Positions 11,592 to 27,190 of a stretch of DNA of 64,000 nucleotides are shown in pieces (the stretch's first letter is position 1; every line of letters starts with the position of its first letter). The DNA lies in assembly GCF_006345805.1 (NCBI RefSeq), contig NC_042999.1:138694001-138758000 (forward strand), given 5' to 3'. The position numbers were made by a program, and so were the translations under genes. This stretch comes from Octopus sinensis. Its lineage: Eukaryota. Under the pieces are notes generated by a model. That model was not told where the DNA came from. It searched no databases and worked only from the letters and a program-made list of their open reading frames with translations.

Positions 11592-14500
11592 AGAAAGAGA
11601 AAGAGAGAGAGTAGATAACGCATGGGACTCCTGTCTACTGCTTTATGAATTCTGCCAGTCCAACAATGAGGGCAAAATTGGCCTCAGCAGAATTTTAGGA
11701 TCTATTCAGTTTGGCTGCCAGCATCAATTCTGTTTGAATTGATTTCATATTCAGTGTAATGATGCACTTTTATAGGCTAATGAATGGTGAGGAAATCATT
11801 TTTGCTTTAAATCAATAAAGAGTTATTAGCAATTAAAATTTGAAAATTTTGACTAATTTTAGCCAATCTTAAGCCACAGACACTTTCATGCCTGTTTCCA
11901 TAGTAACAAGCAGAACATGAGAACTCTTTTGTCTGCAAGAAAGCATGTGTTGACAAATATATTGAAACTACTTGTTTTACCTATCTGTTGACAACTGAAC
12001 ATGTGAATTTATGAACTAGTCAACAAAATGTTTAGGTTTTAAAAATATTCAGTTTGTAATATGCTATTTTGTTTTTAGATAAATCTTTTAAGTTCATGCT
12101 GCCACAATGCTTAAAACTACATAAGACATGTTTACTCTTCCTTGACAACATGTGCTATTTTTAGGATGTTGACAAAATGTGCAGTCATGTACAAAATGAC
12201 AGCTTCCAAATCCTGTTTCTTGACTGGGAGAAAATGATCCAACTTTAACCCTCTAACATTAAAAAAAAAAAAGCATTTTTCGAGAAAAGTGAAATAACTC
12301 CAGCAATTCAGCTTTGAAAAGTATATTAATGTGCCAAGTTAAAAATTTTTCAATAAGTTTTAATTTTTGAAATGCTGGCAACCAACCCAAATAGATCTAA
12401 ATTTGACTTCACAATGAAAAAAAACAAAAAAAGAACCATCAAACATTTTGACCAATACTCTAATAGCTGTCAGTTTACTACCTCTATAGAGCACAATTGA
12501 TCTATATCAACTTTGGTACTTATGGTATTTATTTTATCGATGTTGAAAGGATGAAAAGTAAATTTCACTTAGGCAGGATTTGAACACAGAAAATAATACC
12601 TTACTAGGGCAATAGCAATTGGTACTCTGGATCAGAGTTGCTTACTATCCTGAAGCAGTAATAATGCTATTAGCATATAATCTGTAGTCTTTTCACCACC
12701 ATTTGACTTGTTACTGTTGCTTTCTTTGAGTAGTGTATCAATGAAATGATTATAATATACAGCACTAATCAACTTGACAATGGAGACAAACTTTGGATGT
12801 GAAGCAGTCACTTTTTGACTGGATACCTATCACAAGTACTTTATTACAGTTAAAATACCTGGCTCTTAATGATAGACTATGACATATTGAATGTTAGTAC
12901 AATATGAGGGAACTGCTACATAGTTGTTTGACCAGGTAGGAACAGGAGCCAAATTGTAATCAAATTGCTGCCATCTTCAGAATGAACATTGGATAATGTA
13001 GTCTTGGAACAAAGGAGCGGTTATGGCTGGAATCTCTTTTTGTCAGTTCTGCTTGATGTATACTGAACAACTGGGTATTTGGTCACTATCCCACCTTTCA
13101 CAAACTGCTTCATTTCAGCACCTTTCTTGGACAGATACACCTCTGTTCATTGCCTTTTTCTAGAATTATTTTTATAACTTTGCAGCCCTACAGCTTGTTG
13201 GATCCTGTCAAACTGTACAACCCATACCAGCAGTGAATTGATGGTAAATGATAAGTAGTTCCAAAATGTGCCAGAAAAGGTATCTAGGTATGTGGTGAAA
13301 TTTCTAAAAATATAATTTAAGAGTTTAGCAAATCAATACTAATGTTTGGGCATCCTTAAAAACATGTTATAATTTTGTTATACACAAGTATGATTAATAA
13401 AACTAAGTATGGGTTATTACTTCTTTCAGAGCTTGTAAAAGAAGTGGAAGGAAGTTTCTTCAGATTTGGCTCAAATGTTTGAGTCAACTCTACTCAAGGT
13501 AGTCAAGGGCCAGATGGTGATATTAAAAACTGACAGCAATTTAATTGAGCCATCAATTTCTTTATCTTTGCTGCTGTCATTTGCTTGTAATTGACTATTA
13601 TGGAAAGCATCTTTCCAATTTCCGTGCAGTTCTTATATTTCCTATCCAACATTGTTCACATGAATGAATACTAAAGTCTTCTATCCTAGCTTAAATAGTA
13701 TAGTATTAAAGTCAGTACCTTTTCAGTAAATATAGTTCTAGCTTTATAAAATTTCAACAACTGTTTAGTACAAGGCAGTAAGCTGGCAGAACTTAACATG
13801 CCAGACAAAATGGTATTTCATCTGTCTATGTTCTGAGTGAATTTTGCCAATGTCAACTTTGCCTTTCCTTTTGGGGTTGATAAAGCAAGTAGGAGTTGAG
13901 CACTGGGAGGTGATGTTATCGACTAGCCACCACCTCCAAAACTTAAAGGCCTTGTGCCTATTGTATAGAGGCTAATAACAGATAAAAGAATCCAAGTTAG
14001 GCAAAATGGTATTAATGTCAAGTTAGAATCGAACCTATAATTTGTTAATGTATATCTACATAACCATTATTTTTTTAACTAATCAATTTATCTTAGAAAC
14101 ATTGTATATTTTTGTTCTCTATCTTCCTTTCATATAGGCATACCCCCTACCAACAACACTGCTATTTGCTGTTCACTGTTCTACATTCACAAAAGGTAGA
14201 TGCCATTGAAAAGTAGAACATCTAGCAGTATATAACCTGGTGTTATACCTGCCTAATATTGATGCTCAAAAGTTTCATATTACACTGTGTGAATATATAT
14301 ATGTGCACATTAAATAATGCTGTATTTATTAACATCCAAATATTTTCATTAAAAAAAAAAATTCAGTTTTAAATAAAGTGAAACAAACACACACACACAC
14401 ACACTGCAGTGTGCACTTTGATAGTTAGCGATTATCAACAGTACTGCACACATATGAAAACAATTAGGATAAAAAACATATTCCATCCCACCAAATATGT

Positions 14501-14744
14501 GTATATACACATCTCCAGAGTGTGCAATATACTAAATTAGCAAAAGGCATCAAAATTTTAAGATACAAGATTTTTTAAAAATGTCAAAAACCAATCAAAA
14601 TAGAAAAATGCCTCCTACAAAAGCAAAAAACAAATAGGGAGGAAAGCAGGATTGAAAGAAGGTGGACAGCAGGAGGAAAGTAGCCACCCCTACTACACTA
14701 CTATAATTTCATATTTATAGGGTGTATGTTGTCAGTGATAATAC

Positions 14745-14804
14745 CTTGTCCAACATACTGGTCAGCACCAATGTGAGAGTCTGCATCATAATATGTATTT
14801 GTAT
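14745..14804 (-). CDS. 60-nt symmetric exon DTNTYYDADSHIGADQYVGQ
   Basis: tttcctccattttctccAG|atacaaat...ggacaag|GTatta; phase 1/1 and stop-free. Confidence 0.7.
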
Positions 14805-16906
14805 CTGGAGAAAATGGAGGAAATTAATAGATTTATATATAAAATATTGGATGGAGTGGTATAGAGAGTGAGTAGATGAGACAGATTGTGTTTGTAGAAA
14901 CAAACTTTTTTGTGTGTGAATGTGCATGTGTATATCAAAATAGAAATGTGTGAGAGGAAATGAAATGTAGTGGGTAAGGGTGAATATGCTTATGATAATA
15001 TGAACAATTTAACAGTTGTTTAATCAAATGAATAAGCCCTACTTATTGCTGAAACATCATTATCAATATTAGAGAGCCATTTATTTGATTAAAATTTTCA
15101 GCAAAACATAAACAAGCAAAAAATAAAATAAAATGTTCAGTAATTAAAACAAAAAAAAAAACTTCTTCCAGAACAAGAAATTAAAATATAACATAACTGA
15201 ATCAGTTGAAGTTGTGTAAGGCAATGGTGGTAAACATTGCAGTGAAGTGACCAGGCAGAAAATGTATGCTGAAATACTGATATCTAATAATATATATTAT
15301 TAATATTACAAAATGATAAAAGTGATTACAGCAGTGTGTGTCTAATGACTTATGATTATTATGATGCAATTGTTTACATCCTAAGAAAATTACTTGAACA
15401 AATGCAGCTCTGGAATAAATTGGATATATTTATAGTAACAATCTTTTAAAATTATAACATTAAGATCCAAAGTTAATTATAATTTTATAATTTTAAAGCA
15501 CTTTCAAAAATAAATGAGCATTTACTGATGCTGTGACTATACTTAGAGACAAACTGAACAAACAGATGAGCAAAATTTGAAGTCCCAGTCAATTTTATCT
15601 TTATGATATATTAAGATAATATCTATAAAATATATTTAAAGTAATAAAACATTAAAATATATATATATTAAATACTAATGTAATGCTTGTTAAAAATAAT
15701 GAGTTATTTTTGCTTCTTGACAGTGAATCTTAATCTTTGTTTCAAGCCCTGCCTTGTTTACTGTCTGATATTCCATTTTATTTTTCAGTTCTTTCTAATT
15801 CAACTCACTTTCCTCCATTATTCTCAGTGACTCAGTCACAAACTTTATAACTTCTCTTCCTCTATCTGCACACATTTATCTCACACTTTTTAGGCTCCTG
15901 TGAATAATTCTTCAAACATCTTAGCAACAAAAGAGTAATTTTACTAAACGCCTTATGCTTATTTTTTAAACTAATTGAAAGTTATAAATATATTTCATAA
16001 GAAATATGGTCAGAAGTATTTTAATTTAAATAACTGCATATCTAATTTCTTACAGGTAATTTCTAACCTAAAAGTATTTTTTTGATTTTGGACATTTTGC
16101 CACTTTCAAAATACTGAAACCATATCCAGATGAAGATTGCCTAAAATAAGTTACCAGTGATAAGAGAACCTTTACATGGTTGCATTACCTGCTAGAAAAG
16201 GCAACCAAATGTCCCTTAAATCACATCTACCATTTTAAATAAGGAAAATACTGATAATGTTACCCTATAAACCCCTTCAAAAGTTGGTACAGTCATGGCT
16301 GAAATGTCTTTGATCATAAATCTGACTTGATAAAAGCAGTGATCAATGAGTACTCCTATAGTGAAAAAAAAGTCACTTCTTGACTGTATGCTTTGCTCAT
16401 CTTTTGCTATCATCATAAATATTATAATTTGTAGAAAGATAGTTCATTCTAAATCTTCCAATCTCTAGTAAAGGTTAACTGGGTAACCACCTTAGACCCA
16501 TTAATTCAAATGCTTTGCAGATATTTTATTGCCAGTTTGGTCACCACAACAATTCAGGCTTAAATTCATCTAGCAGTCAATGAAAGAGAACTCATTTCTC
16601 ATGTGTGTTTAATATAATGAAACTGGAGAAATGAAATATTACAGAGTATGGGATGAAGTACTTAATGTTGACATCTGGAGGTATAGAGATATACAATATA
16701 TAATCTACCATTTGAGAACTCATTATGCTCCTCCAGTGTCTACAAGCTGGTGGCTACCAAGTTTCTGAGCATCTGTTGTAATGCAATGATTCAAAGTATT
16801 ACATAATGCTGGCATTTATATACAAGACATCCTCCACTGAAGTAGGACATAATAAAAACAAGCCAGTGGTGAGCATAAAGAAAAGGTAGGTTTCCTTGTG
16901 TATGTA

Positions 16907-16940
<34 letters not shown>

Positions 16941-17260
16941 CTAAGCCCAATATATGCCAATTGGCTCCATTCCAAATAAACAATTATGTTATATTCAGTA
17001 AACAATGATGAAGCACAAGGTATGAGAAATTTGAAGTAGAGATTGAATAAACAATTATGTAACACACATGTTGATTATTGTATATGTGTGTGTGCGCACA
17101 TGCACACACATACACTTCCTACTAACCTATCAGCAGAATACACAACTTATATTAAAACTAATAGGTTACGATTTTTAAGCAACTTAAGTACATACTTTGT
17201 TTGAAAATATATAAATATTGAAAGATAAAATTAGGAGACATCTTGAGCGTATGTTCAATG

Positions 17261-18926
<1,666 letters not shown>

Positions 18927-19163
18927 GAAATGTGTAAAAAAAAGCATTCTGAATTCACTGATGCATACAGTCAACCAAAAAAAAAAGCCAAATAATTGAA
19001 ACTCTGGTTTGAGTAATATGTATCCTGTTTCCATGTATGGATAAAGCAGACCATAGACACTTTTGAGAAGTGTTTATTGAGCACATATTCAGATTCACAC
19101 ATGAGACAAGCACACTTACACAGAGTAGAAGAAATATCATCAGAAATATTCTGTTTATAGTAC

Positions 19164-19390
19164 CTGTAGGTGTAGTAGCTTCTTCTTCATCAGCAGGTTT
19201 CTCAGTATCAGTCATCCATTGCAATACTTTGAAGGACAGTGACTGCTTTGATGGATTGCTGCCACTTAATTTTGTATCGGCAGCTTCCTCAGCACGTCGG
19301 GCCTCCTCAGCACGCTTTGCTGATTCATTTTCATTGATAAGCTTGAAGACTTCAGATTCACGATAATTTATCTTTGGTTTGTCAGGTAAC
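19164..19390 (-). CDS. Zasp/PDLIM exon GLPDKPKINYRESEVFKLINEN...KQSLSFKVLQWMTDTEKPADEEEATTPT
   Basis: ttttctctttcAG|gttacctgac...cctacag|GTact; phase 2/1; conserved SEV-K and QS-SF-VLQ motifs. Confidence 0.9.
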
Positions 19391-20589
19391 CTGAAAGAGA
19401 AAAGATAACATGTTTAACTATAAGACATAGTTGACAGGTCACTTGCAGAACAGTGGTTATACATGTACTGCACGTCAGCATCGCATCCTTATGCAAGTCG
19501 ATAAAAAGAAAAAAAAAAACGAAAAATTAAAATGATCAAATGGTGTATATTTTTGACAAAATATTGGCTATGAAATTGTATATTAGAGATATTGTATTTT
19601 GTAGCAGCATAATTGTTATTCTGCCAACTGATAAAAAAATGCATTCTTGATTTCTATATTAATTTTCTTAGTAACTAATGAGTCTTTTTGATGCCCCTGA
19701 TACTTGTTAACCTCTACAAGAAAGAATAGTTTACATGTTGCTTGTATGCACAAGTACACGAGTGCATATACATTATGCATGCATGCAAGACAAATTTTAG
19801 TGTTTGGTTGTCTAGTTTCATAATTTCTGATCAATTAAAGAAATATTAAATAAAACTAACAAAAAATAATCTAAATAGAGACTGGAGATTTTTAGAATTG
19901 TAATTAATGAAAACTATGATATATTAAGGATATAGAAATTGAGGAATCAAGGTTGTTGTGGTTAGTGATAAAAGAAACAAAAGAATATAACAGGTTTATC
20001 TATGAAAAGTGTTAACTTACCTATCATATGAATAGTTTATTTTTTGTAAGAGTTGTTTAGGAGTGTGTGTGTGAGAAGGAGCTAATAGATATATGAACAA
20101 TATTCTATCACAGAACTTATTTGGGCTTTATAAGAGGTTAGTAACTTCAAGAAAACAATTCTAATGTTAATATTTTGCTATAAAAAAAATCCCAGGTAGC
20201 ATAATTTTTTTAATGGCTTGGTCAGAATGAAGGGACCGAGTCCATAACCTTTGCAGATCCTCAAATACCTGTGAAAGTTAACATTCCTCTTAAACAGCTG
20301 TGAGTTAATGACTGCAAGAAAAACATGAGCAGTTAGGGAATTTCAGAGGGATTAGCATTCTGCAAGAAGGACCGAGTGAAGTGATTAATGCTTGACTTGA
20401 TGGGGATATGGGTGTTGAGGAGAGAAGGGCAAATGAGTTTGGATGACCCAAGTAAAGAAGTGTGAGCAGTCAATTCCTTGTAAAAACTTTTTACAGCTAG
20501 CTGCTACAACATAAGAGATGGCATATCTATAGATTGTGTGCTGCACTCAACTGATTGCAATGAAGTTGCATTATTTTCTTTTAAACTTG

Positions 20590-20890
20590 TTTCAGTCAGA
20601 CTGTGACCATGCTGGGGCTCAACCTTGAGAAATTTTTAGTTGAATGGATTGACTCCAGCACTTATTCTATTGGTCCTTTTGCTGAGCTGCTAAGTTATGG
20701 GGACATAAACACACTAACACCAGTTATGTAGTGGTGGAAGACATGGGTTTCTTTCAGTTTCCATCTACCAGATCCATTCAAACTTTTCATCAGCCTGAAG
20801 CCATTGTAGAAGATGCTTACCCAAGGTGCCATGAAGTAGGACTGAACCTGGAACTATGTGGTTGGGAAGCAAATTTATCACACCACCACA
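20590..20890 (-). mobile_element. Degenerate SINE, family C
   Basis: Reverse-complement similarity to 51807-52200. Confidence 0.55.
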
Positions 20891-20990
20891 GAGTGGGAAT
20901 TTTCTGTGGTTTAGGGTGTCTTTATGTGTAGTGAGAGCACTGGTCTAAATGTGGGAGCATTATCCTATTGTGGTACAGTGTGTTAAGTGA

Positions 20991-21305
20991 AGGCACAATG
21001 GCCCAGTGGTTAGGGCAGCGGACTCGTGGACATAGGATCATGGTTTTGATTCCCAGACTGGGTGTTGCGAGTGTTTATTGAGCAAAAACACCTAAAGCAC
21101 CACAAGGCTCCAGCAGGGAGTGGTGGCGAACCCTGCCATACTCTTTCACCACAACACACTGTGTCACACTGAATCTCCAAGAACTATGTTAAGGGTACAT
21201 GTGTCTGTGGAGTGCTTAGCCATTCACATGTTAAGTTCATGAGCAGGCTGTTCAGTTGATAGGATCAACTAGAACCCATCATCATTGTAACTGATGGAGT
21301 GCCGA
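20991..21305 (+). mobile_element. tRNA-derived SINE, family B, tail type 2
   Basis: aggcacaatggcccagtggttagggcagcggactc...; matches 10019-10394. Confidence 0.8.
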
Positions 21306-21535
21306 AGAAGACTGTCTTAAAAATTTGTTTTAGATGGTCTTTGTTTTGGAGACTAAACTTTTCACAGCCATGTAGTTAATAAATGCTTTCCACAATCATA
21401 TAACCCCAGATTTATCATAAGGTGTGCATTCTAAGAATGCATTTTGTACCATAGTCTTAACATTGCAACTGAAATTGGGTGGCTGAAAACTGCAAAAACT
21501 TCTTGGATGAGCAGTATCTGTTCTTAGGGGGAGAG

Positions 21536-21603
21536 GCACGGCGAAGTGCAAGAGAGAGAGAGAGAGCACGGCGAAGTGCAAGAGAGAGAGAGAGACACGG
21601 CAA

Positions 21604-21634
<31 letters not shown>

Positions 21635-21637
21635 CAC

Positions 21638-21668
<31 letters not shown>

Positions 21669-21712
21669 CATGCGCAAAGAGAGAGAGAGAGAGAGAGAAG
21701 AGATAGAGACCA

Positions 21713-21752
<40 letters not shown>

Positions 21753-21787
21753 GGCAAAGAGAGAGAGAGAGAGAGAGAGAGACATGG

Positions 21788-21823
<36 letters not shown>

Positions 21824-21976
21824 GCAAAGAGAGAGAGAGAGAGAGAGACATGGCAAAGAGAGAGAGAGAGAGAGATAGACTGGCAAAGAGAGAGATAGAG
21901 AGAGAGAGACATTCAAAGAGATAGAGATAGAGAGAGAGAGACAATGGAAGATAGAGAGAGAGAGAGAGATAGACAT

Positions 21977-22045
<69 letters not shown>

Positions 22046-22053
22046 CATGGCAA

Positions 22054-22085
<32 letters not shown>

Positions 22086-22088
22086 CAT

Positions 22089-22125
<37 letters not shown>

Positions 22126-22204
22126 GGCAAAGAGAGAGAGAGAGAGAGAGAGATAGAGAGATAGCAATGGCAAGAGATAGATAGAGAGAGAGAGAGAGAC
22201 ATGG

Positions 22205-22240
<36 letters not shown>

Positions 22241-23650
22241 TGCAAAGAGAGAGAGAGAGAGAGAGACATGGCAAGAGAGAGAGAGAGAGAGAGAGATACA
22301 ATGGCAAAGAGAGAGAGAGAGAGAGAGACATGGCAAAGAGAGAGAGAGAGAGAGAGAGACATGGCAAAGAGAGAGAGAGAGAGAGAGAGACATGGCAAAG
22401 AGAGAGAGAGAGAGAGAGACATGGCAAAGAGAGAGAGAGAGAGAGAGAGACATGGCAAAGAGAGAGAGAGACATGGCAAGATAGAGACAGAATGGCATAG
22501 AGAGAGAGAGAGAGAGAGAGACATGGCAAAGAGAGAGAGAGAGAGAGACATGGCAAAGAGAGAGAGAGAGAGAGACATGGCAAAGAGAGAGAGAGAGAGA
22601 GAGACATGGCAAAGAGAGAGAGAGAGAGAGACAGCAAAGATAGAGAAGAGAGAACATGCAAAGAGATAGAGAGAGAGAGACATGTGGCAAAGAGAGAGAG
22701 AGATAGAGACATGGCAAAGAGAGAGAGAGAGAGAGAGATGGCAAAAGAGAGAGAGAGAGAGAGAGACATGGCAAAGATAGAGAGAGAGAGAGACATGGCA
22801 AAGAGAGAGATAGAGAGAGAGAGACATGGCAAGAGAGAGAGAGAGAGAGACATGGCAAAGAGAGAGAGAGAGAGATGCAAGAGAGAGAGAGAGAGACATG
22901 GCAAAGAGAGAGAGAGAGAGAGACATATGCAAGAGAGAGAGAGAGACATGGCAAAGAGAGAGAGAGAGAGACATGGCAAAGAGAGAGAGAGAGACATGGC
23001 AAAGAGAGAGAGAGAGACATGGCAAAGAGAGAGAGAGAGACATGGCAAAGAGAGAGAGAGAGAGACAAAGAAGAGAGAGAGACATGGCAAAGAGAGAGAG
23101 AGAGAGAGACATGGCAAAGAGAGAGAGACATGGCAAAGAGAGAGAGACATGGCAAAGAGAGAGAGACATGGCAAAGAGAGAGAGAGAGAGAGACATGGCA
23201 AAGAGAGAGAGAGAGAGACATGGCAAAGAGAGAGAGAGAGAGAAACATGGCAAGAGAGAGAGGAGAGAGACATGGCAAGAGAGAGAGAGAGACATGGCAA
23301 AGAGAGAGAGAGAGACATGGAAAAGAGAGAGAGAGAGACATGGCAAAGAGAGAGAGAGAGACATGGCAAAGAGAGAGAGAGAGACATGGCAAAGAGAGAG
23401 AGAGAGACATGGCAAAGAGAGAGAGAGAGACATGGCAAAGAGAGAGAGAGAGACATGGCAAAGAGAGAGAGACATGGCAAAGAGAGAGAGAGACATGGCA
23501 AAGAGAGAGAGACATGGCAATGTGCAAGAGAGGGAGAGAGAGGCAGGGAAGACCAAGAGCGACCAAGAGGGAGAAAAAACTAGAGAGAGAGAGAGAGAGG
23601 GGGGAGAGAAGAGAGAGAGAGAGAGAAAAGAGAGAGAGAAAAGAGAAGAG
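21536..23650. repeat. Minisatellite of CATGGCAAA punctuating variable-length (GA)n
   Basis: Dozens of gacatggcaaa(ga)n units directly visible. Confidence 0.95.
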
Positions 23651-24659
23651 AATTAAGTGCAACAGCTGTTAACAGCAGTTGCAAATAAGCATCCTTGATT
23701 AACAATTAGATTTATAAGTAATGAGAAAACATTATTGCTACAACAAGTTTAGTACATTTCCAGAAATGTTCAATAGGTTAAAAATGTTCCGGTATGCTGT
23801 AAAAGAAATCTCACATGAGTAACATTGAACAAATAAACTTTTAAATGAAAATGGATTGATCTTGAAATTTTATACCAAACCAGGGCATTAAATACAATGA
23901 TACAATGCAGACAACATTGTGTGAAATTGCTTAAGTTTTATTTAGGAAAGGTAAAACAGATGTGAGGTTAAGGTGTGAGATTTCTGGCCTCATGATCAAC
24001 TTCAAATTTGATTTCTTACTGTGTTGTCAAGTAGGCAGTATGTATTGTCCTGAGGAAGGTACATATATATTTGTCAGTCTCAGTTTAGTGGTTAGCATGA
24101 AGAAAAGTAAAAACTACACTAACAAACCATCAGATCCATGGATAAAGAAAAGGCTACATTTAAGAGAAAAACAATCTGGACAACAGATCACACTACAAGT
24201 ATTATTATTATTATAAACTCTTATAATAGAAATTCTTATTCTTAGAATATGTCAATTGGAAAGTTACAACTATTATGTATTCTAAGCTAGTTTGGGCAGT
24301 TGAAATCTTCTCATGTGTGCAAGATCCACTCAATACATTAGCTTCAAAGCCATTTAATTTTGGTTTTAAAATGAAGGCCACAAGCTCAAAATATCAAATG
24401 TATGTTCCATATTAAAGATAGATTCATCACAAAATGTTGATCAAAGATTCTTCACTTGACTACATTCATGCCATAGGGTGTTCAAGCAGAGTGGACTTAA
24501 TCATATTAACTTATCTGAGTAGTCTATTAACAGATTTCTAAATCTTTGTCTTGTTAAAATTCCAAAGTAACTGTAGCAATTGTTTAGCTTGCTCAAGCCT
24601 GTAATAAATCCATACAAACCCCAGCTGTCTTGTACAGATCAAGTTCATCTTTACATCTA

Positions 24660-24965
24660 CTTTTTTACTTGTTTCAATCATTTGATTGTAGTGATGCTGG
24701 AGCAACACCTTTAATCGAACAATTTGACCCCAGGACTTATTCTTTGTAAGCCTGGTACTTATTCTATTGATCTCTTTTGTCGAACTGCTAATGTTATGGG
24801 GATGTAAACATACCAACACTGGTTGTCAAGCGATGGTGGGAGGACAAACACAGACACACAAACATATGTACACAGACAGGTTTCTTTCAGTTTCCCCTCT
24901 ACCAAATCCGATCACAAGACTTTGGTTGGTCAGAGGCTATAGAAGACTTGCTCAAAGTGCCAGGC
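24660..24965 (-). mobile_element. Degenerate SINE, family C
   Basis: Reverse-complement similarity to 51807-52200. Confidence 0.6.
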
Positions 24966-26984
24966 TACAAATCTTTCTAACAAAATAAATACAATTTTTC
25001 TAATTTAGGTATAAGGCCAGCAGTTTTGAGAGGAGGAAATTAGTTGATTTTATTGATTCCCTAGAAGGAAGAAAAGCAGAAGTTGACCTTGGTGGGATTT
25101 GAACCCAGAATGTAAAAAGCTAGAACCATTACCATACAGCATTTTTTCTGATAATTCAGCTGATCCACTTACCCTTAAAACTACACAAATCAAAAATTCT
25201 ATTTTGTTACAGTATGTCCCAGATAGTGCACTGCAAAATGAAGCCTGCAGATTAGCTGAAAATTATTTTTTGTACAGGAACAATGACTTTCACAGATATT
25301 GGAGAAGTCATCTGATGAGGTAAATGTACTTGAGCAGAGTTGGGTAAGATTAAGCAATAATGAACTTTATGCCAATAAAATGCTATCTTGACTGTTTATA
25401 ATCACTAATTCTGTTCAGGTCTCAAGAAACTGATATACGATAGATCTGCAGACTAATTGTTCACAGAAAAATAAACAACAAAAAGCAACTGTTATCTCTA
25501 AAGAAAGCTTCACTGCAAATATTAAGACTAGACCTATCAAATTCAACCACTACATGCATCACTATCACTTTGTAATACAGAATTTATATAAGCAATGTTA
25601 ATGTGTGAGATATACAAGGATTACACTCCTGCACTATAGTTTCCTTCAATTGGCATATCATATATGTCAGTAGGTAGAAAGGAAATGATTGGTGGCACAT
25701 CATTAATTTCATTTTCTTTCCAACCAGCAGACATGTAGTTTGAAAATGTAATCCTTATTTATCTCATACATAAGCGTATCACTACAGATTTCTAACAAAA
25801 GTCGTACTGAGTACTGTTTTTCTACAAGAATAAATAAATAAATATATATATATATTTATTTATTTATTTGCATGCTTAATGAGAGCATCTATCTATCTGA
25901 TGTAATAGCAAGATGGAAAGAAATGTTTTAAAAACTGACCTGCAGGGATCATATTTCGGCCCACCAGAAATCTTCATGTCACTGTTTGTAAAATTGATGG
26001 AGGGAAGAGAAATATGAAGGAACACCAAATGATGATTGATCACTGATGATGGCAATTGGAACATTCAGATAGGGTTTGAATGTTTAAAACAAAAAAAACA
26101 AAAATACTAAAAATGATGTTGGTCACAATAATGTTAGGCAGGTGAGTAGAATTTTAACCTTTAGTATACTGTAGGTAACATAAGTTACTATATTATCTTA
26201 TAATACTGCTTGTATTTGAAATTGCAAATGAAAAATTAGGTTTCATACTGATGTTTGTATTTCTAGTGATCTGACAAGTTTACATAAGATTTGAATGCAA
26301 TATGTCATTATTGGCAAAGATGGTTGTTTTCCGTTATAAGCCAGAATACTAAAGGTTAAAAATATAAATTGGGTGGGGTAAAAATAAATTGTTTATCAAT
26401 AAACTGGCAGTAAAATTCAGTCTCAACACAAAAATGACAATATAAACAAATAAGGAAATACAAGCAATAAAATATATAAACAGAAATGTAAGTGATGGAA
26501 TTAAAGGTTTAAGTAGAACAGTAAATCTTCACAATTGCATTTGTTCAAAAGTTTGGGCATTCTCTCTCTTATGAAAAGTAAAGAAAGATCTAAATTCTTA
26601 AAGTATTTTTATTTATGAAAATTTAAAAAAATTTCTTCATAATAGCTTTATATATTTTTCAACTTAAAGCGAGATACTCAAAAAGTAGAATTTTGATTTT
26701 CATCTATCAAAGTCAATGAAATAGATGACAGGAAATAATCAGGCTCAAATTTATCAGTTTAATCTATCCTCTAATTTACTAAACTATCAGAAAAAAAACC
26801 CCAAAAAACATGAACCAACAAGTAAAAAAAAAATAAAGAAAATTGGGTGATGGTGGATGAAATTGAACTTAACTAATGAATTTGTATTTCAATGATTGTT
26901 TCTAGGTTGGTTCACTAACCATAATTAAGTAATGCTAATTATATTATCACTCAAAATTAGCCTTGTGCCAATAGCAAAATAATG

Positions 26985-27190
26985 GTTTAAAATTTTGGTA
27001 CAAGGCCAGCAAGTTAGGAGGTGGGGTAATTATATTACCTCAGTGTTTAACTGGTACTTATTTTATTAACCCTAAAATGTATGGAAGGCAAAGTTGACCT
27101 TGGTGGCATTTGAACCCAGAATGTACAGAGATGAAATGCTGTAAAGCATTTTGCCTGACATGCTAACAATTCTGCCAGCTTGCCGCCTTA
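26985..27190 (-). mobile_element. CpG-decayed SINE, family A (others at about 12480-12600, 13770-13975, 24990-25175)
   Basis: aaggcaaagttgaccttggtggcatttgaaccc...tgctaacaattctgccagcttgccgcctt matches intact family A copies with CpG-to-TpG/CpA changes. Confidence 0.7.

Noticed and set aside
21536-23535. CRISPR-like repeat-spacer appearance
   Set aside because: The spacers are only (GA)n, the DNA is eukaryotic and there are no cas genes.
21396-23672. ORFs up to 712 aa (MAKRERE.../SLSLCHV...)
   Set aside because: Minisatellite artefacts.
25171-25230. Strong minus-strand GTAAGT donor
   Set aside because: Derived from a decayed SINE head; no acceptor gives a symmetric, stop-free exon.
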